A stretch of DNA of 64,000 nt from a virus. Lineage: Duplodnaviria > Caudoviricetes. How positions within the stretch are numbered: the first letter of the stretch is position 1; each line of letters opens with the position of its first letter. The notes below the pieces were generated by a model that saw only the letters and a list, made by a program, of their open reading frames with translations, was not told the DNA's origin and did no database searches. Both the position numbers and the translations under genes were made by a program. Below are positions 18,831 through 27,045 of the stretch, piece by piece. The DNA lies in the IMG/VR virus record IMGVR_UViG_3300028800_000089, positions 2,194 through 66,193 of that record; one strand, given 5' to 3'.

Positions 18831-19508
18831 GTGGCACCACTGAAATTACATAATCAAAAATTCGGAAAATTAATCGTGTTAGATAAAGCGCCAAAAATTC
18901 CAACCCGTAACGGTAAGACTTTTGGTAAAACCCAATGGATCTGTAAGTGTGACTGCGGAAAAATTAGAGTAGTAGACGGTTCAGCCCTAACAACCGGTCA
19001 TACAACATCATGCGGGTGTAACTGGAGCACGGCAGAAAGACGTTCTGAGATTTCTGTTAGAAATACCTCGCACGGTAAAAGCAAAACGAGAATTTATAGT
19101 ATTTGGAGACACATGATAGAACGTTGCGAGAAGCCTAACACAGAAAATTATGCTAGATACGGCGCCCGGGGTATAACGGTCTGTGAACGGTGGCATAATT
19201 TTGAGAATTTTTATGAAGATATGAGTTCTACATACAGCGATGAACTGACATTAGATAGAAGAGATGTCCACGGTAATTACGAGCCCCTGAATTGTAGGTG
19301 GGCCACAAACGCCGAGCAAGCTCAGAATACTACGAAAAATAGATATTACGACTATAACGGCGAGAAACTTTGCCTCATGGAAATAGTGCGGCGCAAGAGG
19401 CTATATTCATATGCAACTGTACACAATAGATTAAAAAACGGTATGACTTTAGATGATGCTTTAAACAAACCCTTGCGCGGTTCTGTTAAGTTTGGTCAGG
19501 CCGGATGA
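18831..19508 (+). CDS. free-standing HNH-type homing endonuclease-like protein
   Basis: KFGKL.V...W.C.CDCG...SCGC, W..M..RC...YG.RGI.VC.RW, TLDR.D..GNY.P.NCRWAT; visibly AT-richer than flanks. Confidence 0.85.
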   Translation: MAPLKLHNQKFGKLIVLDKAPKIPTRNGKTFGKTQWICKCDCGKIRVVDGSALTTGHTTSCGCNWSTAERRSEISVRNTSHGKSKTRIYSIWRHMIERCEKPNTENYARYGARGITVCERWHNFENFYEDMSSTYSDELTLDRRDVHGNYEPLNCRWATNAEQAQNTTKNRYYDYNGEKLCLMEIVRRKRLYSYATVHNRLKNGMTLDDALNKPLRGSVKFGQAG

Positions 19509-21198
19509 ATGAGTTAGCCAAATCCGGCCATGCTCCGGTGGCGTGATAGATCGCCATTACAGCGTAGTTAGTAGCGTTGACTATATCGTCTGTACGGCGT
19601 GACAGTCTTTTAACAAGTCGTCTTGGCGATCCACTCGGGCTATCAGTGGATTCCTCGATGATGTTTAGGAAATCCTTGAGATGATCATCAAGATATCGCG
19701 GGTCATTGGGAAGTCTTACTAAGCCTCTCTTAATTAGTTCGCAGAGTAGGAGTAGACTGCGGGGTTTATCTAGTGTGTAGCTGGAGCGGACGCCACGAAC
19801 TTGTGGAGGATTGTAGTAGACGATCGGTCTATTATTGGCCATTACCGCGTATGTAAACGGTACTATTTTGTCAGCTGGCCAACCGGCCGATAGAATCATA
19901 CTCTCCCGTACGTTGCCTTGACCGCCTGCATCCAGAGCTAGATATGCAGAACGGCTTGCCATTGCTGATCTAACAATCACTTCTGTTTCGCCATTGATGT
20001 CCATAGTATATGGAGTCTTGTAATACCAGGAGATGTCCACGACTCCGGTAGGAGTCAGATTGGCTATGGCAATTGCTGTGTTGCTAATGAAGTCATCCGT
20101 GTCAGAGGACTTTTCTTTACCCTTACCACCGAAGTCTACCCCGATGGTTGTCATGATTGACGGAACCGTATGGGTTAACTCCGGTGGTACAGAAAGTGCT
20201 GTCGCGGCATTTCTCAACTCCTCTGCCGTAATTAGTTTAGAACCGCTGTCAAAGGCCAGTCCAAGAATCTCATTATAGAACTGGTATACAGGTTTCTCCT
20301 TTCTGAAATCTGTTATGATTCTCCAGTTCTTCGGCAGATCGTAATGCATCGGCAGAATGGGTTGACTAACATGATAGCCAGCAAATGATTTGACGCGGCT
20401 AGGAAAGTCATGGATAAACCGTCCGAGACGGCTATTAATGGGTTTCTTACATTTCGCACAGGACAGCGTGGTCTCACCGACCATCTCCAGGAGATCGCCG
20501 GGGACAGTACCACGGTTCAGGTGACCGCAACTCACGTTGTGACACGGTATATGCCAGACCCCTTGCGAGCTGTCTTCCCAGAGCAGGCTGAGTGTGTTAT
20601 CGAAGGTCTTCGGAGTTCCAGTATATTTGACGAGCTTATAGGGACTTGCAGACATACCACTTTCTATGATTGGTAAGTCCGAGGTGTCTAAGTCAGCGAC
20701 CTCATCGGCTAGAATAGCATCAAGGTTCAGACCACGGAGTCTATCGGGGTCACCTTGTGAGTAACCATAGAACAGACTCGACATATTGGCTAGCGTCCGT
20801 TGGAGGACGTTGTCAATGTTTGACTCGCCTCTGAACAAGGAGTCCCTAAATGGTGAGCCAGAGATGAACGGTCTGACGTAGTTCTGACTGAACCGCCGAA
20901 CCTGTTCGTACAGTGGGGTAACGGTCAACTGGTTGAAGTGTGGGATAAGCGCCGCCATGATGATCTGCGACGCAGCCAATGACGTACTTTTACTACACTG
21001 TCTTCCGGTCTTCCAGACCATCCTTCGCGGTATATTTTTCAGGTGATACAGCGGCTCAAACATGAAGTGGCTATACTCCAGGCTGTACGGCTTGTTCTTC
21101 AACCTGAAGATCAGCGGCAGCAACGGGACTATGCTTCCATTGGGGTCGTTGGCCAGAATCCTATTCAGTAATCCAAGAAACTCTTTAGTCGGCAACAT
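19486..21198 (-). CDS. terL: terminase large subunit (GpA-like)
   Basis: Walker A-like KTGRQCSKST, Walker B ILADEV, GTP coupling motif, Cys-rich linker, NEILG, RNase H-like IGVDFGG and C-terminal DD. Confidence 0.85.
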   Translation of the reverse strand: MLPTKEFLGLLNRILANDPNGSIVPLLPLIFRLKNKPYSLEYSHFMFEPLYHLKNIPRRMVWKTGRQCSKSTSLAASQIIMAALIPHFNQLTVTPLYEQVRRFSQNYVRPFISGSPFRDSLFRGESNIDNVLQRTLANMSSLFYGYSQGDPDRLRGLNLDAILADEVADLDTSDLPIIESGMSASPYKLVKYTGTPKTFDNTLSLLWEDSSQGVWHIPCHNVSCGHLNRGTVPGDLLEMVGETTLSCAKCKKPINSRLGRFIHDFPSRVKSFAGYHVSQPILPMHYDLPKNWRIITDFRKEKPVYQFYNEILGLAFDSGSKLITAEELRNAATALSVPPELTHTVPSIMTTIGVDFGGKGKEKSSDTDDFISNTAIAIANLTPTGVVDISWYYKTPYTMDINGETEVIVRSAMASRSAYLALDAGGQGNVRESMILSAGWPADKIVPFTYAVMANNRPIVYYNPPQVRGVRSSYTLDKPRSLLLLCELIKRGLVRLPNDPRYLDDHLKDFLNIIEESTDSPSGSPRRLVKRLSRRTDDIVNATNYAVMAIYHATGAWPDLANSFIRPDQT

Positions 21199-21313
21199 AC
21201 CCGTTCATACATGTACCTCCCCGAAATGCAAGAACCAATAGTGTCTGCGCGGACACTATCGTAGTTAGCTAAGCCGCGTAGCTGGCTCCGCACATTAGCG
21301 GCCGAGGTATTTC

Positions 21314-21523
21314 ATGCGTATTAAGAAGATCATCTCGGTGATATCAGGTATCATCGTTATCGTAGCTGTTCTCGAAGTGACGGGGATCCTGGATCTCCTG
21401 TTTCACGGAACAGTTTTCGCCGCAGCCCTGTTGGGGGCTAGTTTCCTAGTTGGTACCGCTAAGTACTGGTATGGCAATGCCACCGACTCACGGACCAAGG
21501 AATGGAACCAAACAGGTTGTTAA
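21314..21523 (+). CDS. small two-TM membrane protein
   Basis: GAGG RBS; two hydrophobic segments. Confidence 0.6.
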   Translation: MRIKKIISVISGIIVIVAVLEVTGILDLLFHGTVFAAALLGASFLVGTAKYWYGNATDSRTKEWNQTGC

Positions 21524-21528
21524 ACACA

Positions 21529-21556
21529 GAGGGTGTCCGAGAACGCCCTCACTTTT
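21529..21556 (+). terminator. putative intrinsic terminator or leader hairpin
   Basis: GAGGGTGT-ccgaga-ACGCCCTC followed by ACTTTT. Confidence 0.5.
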
Positions 21557-21566
21557 GAAGGATCAT

Positions 21567-21914
21567 ATGTCAGCAATAAAGAAGTACCAAGAATTAAAGG
21601 GGGCAATACGTGATGCCGAGAACTGGGGCAGTCTTGTCAATAAACGTTATGCCGGTGGTGGCGGGTTCGGTAAGATTACTGGCACCCACGTAAAGTTAGA
21701 CATCTACTATCAGGGGCACGATGGTGCCAAGAACTATCACGGTATCCCTAACGAGCAGTTACAGCGTGCTCTGAATGAGGTCGTTAACACCAATATTCAT
21801 TATCACATAGCTCAGGCTCTCGACAAAATGCGGAAGCAGCTCGGTGAGTTAGCTCAAGCAGCCGCTGACGAAGCAGACGAGATCCTTAAGGATACCGAAC
21901 TAGCCAAGGCCTGA
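21567..21914 (+). CDS. hypothetical protein
   Basis: AAGGA RBS before ATG 21567. Confidence 0.65.
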   Translation: MSAIKKYQELKGAIRDAENWGSLVNKRYAGGGGFGKITGTHVKLDIYYQGHDGAKNYHGIPNEQLQRALNEVVNTNIHYHIAQALDKMRKQLGELAQAAADEADEILKDTELAKA

Positions 21915-21915
21915 G

Positions 21916-22593
21916 ATGCACGAACCGGAGTTCCTCGGAGACACCGTGCAGGAGATGATGAGTTATTACCTCACTGCTACGATGATGAGTCACAGCGAAA
22001 ATTACAGTAACTGGTGGCGCTTCTTCAGACATAAACAAGAGCGCTACGACGAGTTAAGTAAAGCAGAGTGCAGAGGACTCCAGGGCTTCGGTCGTGTCGG
22101 CAAGTACTGTGGCAGCTTGGCATGTCCAAGTTGTTGGTACCGCACCCAATCACGGTTGTTAAGTCGTTTCGTAGAAATGGATTACCCATACTACGTCTGG
22201 AGGTATCTCGACACGATTCCTCTTGACGAGGAAATTAGTGAAACAGCGTATAAACGAGTAACGAAGCCTAGGAGATGGAACCTAGGGTTCTATATGAGGT
22301 ACGTCACAGTCATTGGTGGTACCAAGCATGGGATCTGTAGCCTGTCAGGCATAGACGATCCCAGCCAATTCCGGGATACCGGAAAGGTCGCTAAACAGTA
22401 CAAGGAGATGGGCGTCGTAGATGAGCTTCTGACGTCCAAGGACGAGGCTCTCAGGGTGTGGACCCAGGACTGTGTACCCCCGTTTCTGAACCTCGATATC
22501 GACGAGACTAATGGGGACTACGAATTGGTTATTGAAAAGTTCAAGGACTCCCCACGATGGGCAAGAACGGGGAGAGCAGAAAAGTGTTCTTAA
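21916..22593 (+). CDS. Zn-finger protein, candidate origin-binding or initiator protein
   Basis: C-x12-C-x4-CPSC motif; ends inside the repeat element. Confidence 0.45.
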   Translation: MHEPEFLGDTVQEMMSYYLTATMMSHSENYSNWWRFFRHKQERYDELSKAECRGLQGFGRVGKYCGSLACPSCWYRTQSRLLSRFVEMDYPYYVWRYLDTIPLDEEISETAYKRVTKPRRWNLGFYMRYVTVIGGTKHGICSLSGIDDPSQFRDTGKVAKQYKEMGVVDELLTSKDEALRVWTQDCVPPFLNLDIDETNGDYELVIEKFKDSPRWARTGRAEKCS

Positions 22594-22761
22594 TAATGGA
22601 AAGTATATATAGTACTTTCTCGAAATAAGAACACTTTTTTAGTTTTCCCAAAATTTGTTCTTAATAATGGAAAGTATATCTATTCTATCTATATTATAAG
22701 GCTTATTAGGATCTAAGAAATTAATAGAAAGATAATACTTACTCGAAATAAGAACAAATTT
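22580..22761. repeat. AT-rich element of nested direct and inverted repeats; putative replication origin
   Basis: 24-bp direct repeat 22585-22608/22656-22679; 21-bp repeat 22613-22633/22736-22756; 13-bp inverted repeats 22580-22592/22626-22638 and 22651-22663/22749-22761. Confidence 0.75.
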
Positions 22762-22788
22762 CTATAAACCACTAAAGGATAACATGTT

Positions 22789-23889
22789 ATGCCAGAGCCT
22801 ATTGCGGTTGCGCTAGGCGACATCCACTTGGACCCGAAGATATGGTCCAGTATAGACGCTGTAAGAGGAGACGCTGAGCTGGGTTACAGCGAATTCATTA
22901 GAGTGGCTCTTCAATTAGGAGTGCCACCAGTGATTGTCGGTGACCTGTTTGACACCACAAAGCCTACCCCGGACCTCGTAGCGATTCATCGGCGCCAAAT
23001 GGATCGCTGTCAGAAAGCTGGAGTCCCAGCGTACTTCATTCAGGGCAATCATGACCTCCAATCAACACCCTGGGCTAGTGCCCTACATGACTGGCCCAAG
23101 TACGTTGGCTCCGGGGAACCGTTTCAGTTAGGTCGTCGGATGGCCCTGGGATTCGATTACAGCCACAAAGAAGACATCAAGGCCTCACTAGAGGGGTCAC
23201 AGAAGAAACTCTTTCCTAGCGACGGGAAATGCCTCCTGTTCCTCCATCAGGCCGTTAGGCAAGCCCTGGGCTTCGAGAATGCCTGGAACTGTGACTTGGA
23301 CTGGATCCCGGAACAGTTCGGACTGACAGTAATTGGCGATATCCATAAAACGTTGGATTTCGAATTATCAAGTAACCGGAAAGCCTGCTATACCGGTTCC
23401 GGTCATGCCAGGGATATCACACAGATCGGGCCTAAGAGCTGCATCGTCATAAATGACGATTTGTCATATTACCGGCACCCCATGGCTTTTAGGCATATCA
23501 AGAAGTTCGTCGTCGTAGACGAAAAAGGTCTCGCTGACGTCCAGAGCTGGCTGTCTGAGGCGTGTGCTTCAGAAGAAGCTGGCCCTCTCCTACCATTTGC
23601 CTGGATCCACCATAGTCCGGAGCTGAATTCTGCTTTCAGTGATATCTACAAACAATTCGTTGAAACACGAAAGGCCATCATCCACCGAGACAAGGTCTTG
23701 GACATCCAAGATGCTGAAGAACTAGAGATCTCTCAGGATACTGAAGACATCTCTATTCCAGCATTGCTAAATACATTAGTAAGTTCCGACAAAGAGCCGG
23801 AACTACATAGCTTCTTATTACACCTCCTTGAACCAACCTCTAACCCAGTCGATGTACTCCTAAAAAAGAGAGAATCCGTCAATGCCTGA
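22789..23889 (+). CDS. sbcD: SbcD/Mre11-like nuclease subunit
   Basis: metallophosphoesterase motifs GDIH, GDLFD, GNHD, HQ, GDIH, Y.GS; SbcC partner downstream. Confidence 0.85.
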   Translation: MPEPIAVALGDIHLDPKIWSSIDAVRGDAELGYSEFIRVALQLGVPPVIVGDLFDTTKPTPDLVAIHRRQMDRCQKAGVPAYFIQGNHDLQSTPWASALHDWPKYVGSGEPFQLGRRMALGFDYSHKEDIKASLEGSQKKLFPSDGKCLLFLHQAVRQALGFENAWNCDLDWIPEQFGLTVIGDIHKTLDFELSSNRKACYTGSGHARDITQIGPKSCIVINDDLSYYRHPMAFRHIKKFVVVDEKGLADVQSWLSEACASEEAGPLLPFAWIHHSPELNSAFSDIYKQFVETRKAIIHRDKVLDIQDAEELEISQDTEDISIPALLNTLVSSDKEPELHSFLLHLLEPTSNPVDVLLKKRESVNA

Positions 23890-25396
23890 TCTAGTCTTAG
23901 TTCGCTCCGAGGAAATGACTCGCGAGCAACTCCGTGGTATCGGTCTTCGGGTCTACGGTGAGCCACAATATGGTGGCCACTTCGTTGCCCGTGAAGCATT
24001 ACTTGTCAAAATCGGTGAATCCGGTCGTAGAGTCAACGGTACCAATATCGTAGAATCCGGAGCTGCAACATACCGTGTCGCCAATATTGTGTTCCGCGAT
24101 GGCTCCAAAGCCGTAGCAACTGTTGATCCTAATTCGGTTCGTTTGATCCAATGGGGTGTCGTCCGTGGTGGCGATGTCGGTATGCTGAACCGTGTCGAGT
24201 GGCCGAAGATCCTGAAGAACACGTTGGTCCCCGTTATCAACCGCGATATCGTCATCGACGTTCCTCACGGTGAATACGGCTGTGTCGCACACAATACCGT
24301 TGAAACCGTATTCAAGGTCCACGTCTGGGGCAGCCCGGAACCGCGAAACGGAGACGAGGAAGCGTATAACCCACCACGGACTCTATGGGGCCACAGACTG
24401 CCAACGGGCGACCGTATGTCAGCGGGTCTCTGGACCGAGGGTGTCAACGTCATTTCACCGGAGTCACCGGCCGACAAGCCCATTGCGTGTTTCGACGAGG
24501 GTAACCTCTATATCTACGCCGATCTCTGTCATACCGATAGCACCCCAGAAGTGCATATCTTCGGTGAGATCATCAAGTTCGTAGCCGCCAATTATGCTGC
24601 CGCAAAGGGCAGAGTCGATGATCCCGTGGTTATGCGCAACAATTACGTCAACTTAGTCGAGAAGCGTAAGGCCCTCCAGGTCCGCGAGTTCACGAACGAG
24701 TTGGAAAGTGTCAGAAGCCACCTTCACGATCTGAATCGTGACGTAGTCGTGCAGATCCGCGAGGAGAAGCGTATCCTCAAGGATCTCTCTGCGTTAGACA
24801 ATGATGACGCATTCAATATCGAGCGGTTCGCCTCGGAGTACGATCGTCTCGTAGCCAACCCGTTGATTAAGTCCGTTAAGATGATGAACGGTAACATCAC
24901 GGTGCGCACCAACACGCTGTGCGTCACTGACCCCCGGACGAGCATCGAACACGAAGTCGGTCGGATGATGATTCACTTGGATATCAAGCGGTACAACGTC
25001 GTTGTAACGAACTTGGATCGCCAGGTCCATGGATTGCAGAGCAACATGCATGGCCCACATGTGTTCGCCAATGGCCGTATGTGCCTCGGCAACATGGAAG
25101 AGGTTCTACCGAAGCTCGTTGCCCAGTATCAATTAGCGGATGCTATTGAGCTAGTAGTTGCCATTCTCCAGACCTGCAATGTCGATGACCCAGCAGGCCG
25201 GAAGGTCAATTGCTGGCCATTATCGGAGAAGCAGAAAGCTAAAGATGCCGCAGCGAAGGCTGAAGCCAAGCGCCTCGCGAAAGCAGTTAAGACCGATGGC
25301 ACCATTGAAGTTGATACCAGAGCGACAGTTGATGATGGCATGTTAGATGGTACCGAAGAAGACGTCACTACACCAGTTCCAGAGGCAGCATTCTGA
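23882..25396 (+). CDS. multi-domain protein with C-terminal prokaryotic E2 (UBC-fold)-like domain, module 1
   Basis: HGPHVFANGRMCLGN (putative catalytic Cys401) resembles HPN...G.ICL of E2 enzymes; adjacent to JAB, E1 and Ubl genes. Confidence 0.7.
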   Translation: MPDLVLVRSEEMTREQLRGIGLRVYGEPQYGGHFVAREALLVKIGESGRRVNGTNIVESGAATYRVANIVFRDGSKAVATVDPNSVRLIQWGVVRGGDVGMLNRVEWPKILKNTLVPVINRDIVIDVPHGEYGCVAHNTVETVFKVHVWGSPEPRNGDEEAYNPPRTLWGHRLPTGDRMSAGLWTEGVNVISPESPADKPIACFDEGNLYIYADLCHTDSTPEVHIFGEIIKFVAANYAAAKGRVDDPVVMRNNYVNLVEKRKALQVREFTNELESVRSHLHDLNRDVVVQIREEKRILKDLSALDNDDAFNIERFASEYDRLVANPLIKSVKMMNGNITVRTNTLCVTDPRTSIEHEVGRMMIHLDIKRYNVVVTNLDRQVHGLQSNMHGPHVFANGRMCLGNMEEVLPKLVAQYQLADAIELVVAILQTCNVDDPAGRKVNCWPLSEKQKAKDAAAKAEAKRLAKAVKTDGTIEVDTRATVDDGMLDGTEEDVTTPVPEAAF

Positions 25397-26133
25397 TGTT
25401 CAATCCGCACAAGTTCGAGACCACTGTACTAGGCGTCCCATCGGTAAAGGTTTCGTTTAGGGCAGCAGTAGACATGTGGACATTAACTGACTTAGTCAAC
25501 ACCGAAGTCGGTTGGTTGACTACGGCGCGCATGGTCAAGGAACCCAATGAGACCGTCATCTACGTTGATGACGTCTACTTGTTCAAGCAGCAGGTTCACT
25601 CGACGACTACGGAGCTGACATCCGAGGGTCTGTCGATGCTGGGTACCCAATTGATTGCCGAGGACCAAGCTGCTGGTGTTGATCCCACGTTGTGGCGAGC
25701 CAACAACCTCCGGGGCTATTTCCATAGTCACGTCCACATGGACGTCATGCCCTCCGGACAGGATGAGCAGCAGACCATCGATTTCCGCGACAAGTACGAG
25801 TATCCCTGGGTCCTTCGGGGTATCGTCAATAAGAAGCACAAGATGAAGCTCGATCTGTATTGGTTCGAGCGCGATATGGTCATCAACGATATCGACTGGG
25901 AAATCGATTATACCACCTTCGGTGACCGCAAGGAACACTGGGGCAAGGAAATCGAGAGCCTCGTCGAATCGTTGTATTCAGCGAATAAGAGCACTCCTAT
26001 TTCGTATCCCGTCGGTAATTTTACGGATCCCCATCGTGGTCCGTCGGAATTCAGGCGTCTCGGGGAGTTTGCTCCGAATAGCACTCGTCACTACGGACAG
26101 CCATCGCTAGTTGGCTACCATCATGGCGACTAA
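25396..26133 (+). CDS. JAB/MPN+ metallopeptidase, module 1
   Basis: EVGW...HSHVHMDVMPSGQD matches E...H-x-H-x7-S-x2-D. Confidence 0.88.
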   Translation: MFNPHKFETTVLGVPSVKVSFRAAVDMWTLTDLVNTEVGWLTTARMVKEPNETVIYVDDVYLFKQQVHSTTTELTSEGLSMLGTQLIAEDQAAGVDPTLWRANNLRGYFHSHVHMDVMPSGQDEQQTIDFRDKYEYPWVLRGIVNKKHKMKLDLYWFERDMVINDIDWEIDYTTFGDRKEHWGKEIESLVESLYSANKSTPISYPVGNFTDPHRGPSEFRRLGEFAPNSTRHYGQPSLVGYHHGD

Positions 26134-26824
26134 TCTCACTGATACCATTCGACATCTCAAGGTCTTCTCACCGGTCAAGTTCGACAATACCAGAATCGAT
26201 GTAATCGGCGTAGGTGCCACTGGCAGTCGTATTGCCATGGCCCTTGCCAAGCTCGGTGTCCTGAACCTGCATATCTGGGATTTCGACAAGGTCGAGTCCC
26301 ACAATATTGCGAATCAAATTTATGGGAACAATGATATCGGCAAGTTCAAGGTAGACGCCTTAGCCGATCTCATCAAGGCCCAGACCAATTTAGACGTGAC
26401 CAAGCACAACGAGGCCGTCAATGGTCGTTCCGCGCTGGGTTCCGTTGTATTCCTGCTTACCGATACGATGTCTTCCCGGAAGGAGATCTGGGAAGGCGCG
26501 ATTAGGTATAAGCCATTTATTGAAGTCATGTTCGAGACCCGCATGGGTATCGACCTAGGCAGGACCTATTGGGTGCGCCCAACCTCGCCTGATGACGTCA
26601 AATTCTGGGAGTCCACGCTCTGCGGCGACGAAGAAGTCGTTGTTGTCAGTGCCTGTGGATCACAAATTACCGTTGGTTCCACTGCCGAGATCGTTAGCGG
26701 TCTCGCGGTGTGGAACTTCATTAATTGGTTCAATTGGTATTCTGACACGACCAATAAGGTCGAGCAGATGCCGAAAGAGACAATTTTTGGTGTAACTCCC
26801 CCAGCTATCCTAACCCGTTCGTAA
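26123..26824 (+). CDS. ThiF/E1-like adenylating enzyme, module 1
   Basis: GVGATG, DFDKVESHNIANQ, K.KV, LTD and a distal SACG cysteine. Confidence 0.92.
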   Translation: MATNLTDTIRHLKVFSPVKFDNTRIDVIGVGATGSRIAMALAKLGVLNLHIWDFDKVESHNIANQIYGNNDIGKFKVDALADLIKAQTNLDVTKHNEAVNGRSALGSVVFLLTDTMSSRKEIWEGAIRYKPFIEVMFETRMGIDLGRTYWVRPTSPDDVKFWESTLCGDEEVVVVSACGSQITVGSTAEIVSGLAVWNFINWFNWYSDTTNKVEQMPKETIFGVTPPAILTRS

Positions 26825-26835
26825 GAAAGAATCCC

Positions 26836-27042
26836 ATGAATATCACCATCGGCAAGTTCCCCGGCACCTCCATCCGTTCCATCGTCCTCCCCGAGGGCGC
26901 CAAGGTCCGTGATGCCCTAGCGGCCTCAGGCATTGACAGCACCGGCTTCGACATCCGTATCAATGGCAGCGCCGGCACTGTTGACAGCCCGGTTTCTGAA
27001 GGTAATGCTGTTCTCTTGACCCAGAAGATCAAGAGCAACTAA
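26836..27042 (+). CDS. single-domain ubiquitin-like (ThiS/MoaD beta-grasp) protein ending KIKSN
   Basis: 68 aa; LPEGAKVRDAL...IRING...V.EG..V.L pattern; directly after E1. Confidence 0.8.
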   Translation: MNITIGKFPGTSIRSIVLPEGAKVRDALAASGIDSTGFDIRINGSAGTVDSPVSEGNAVLLTQKIKSN

Positions 27043-27045
27043 CCC

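Noticed and set aside
22580-22761. CRISPR mini-array
   Set aside because: Only two copies of each repeat with unequal spacing, a nested inverted layout, and no cas genes in the window.
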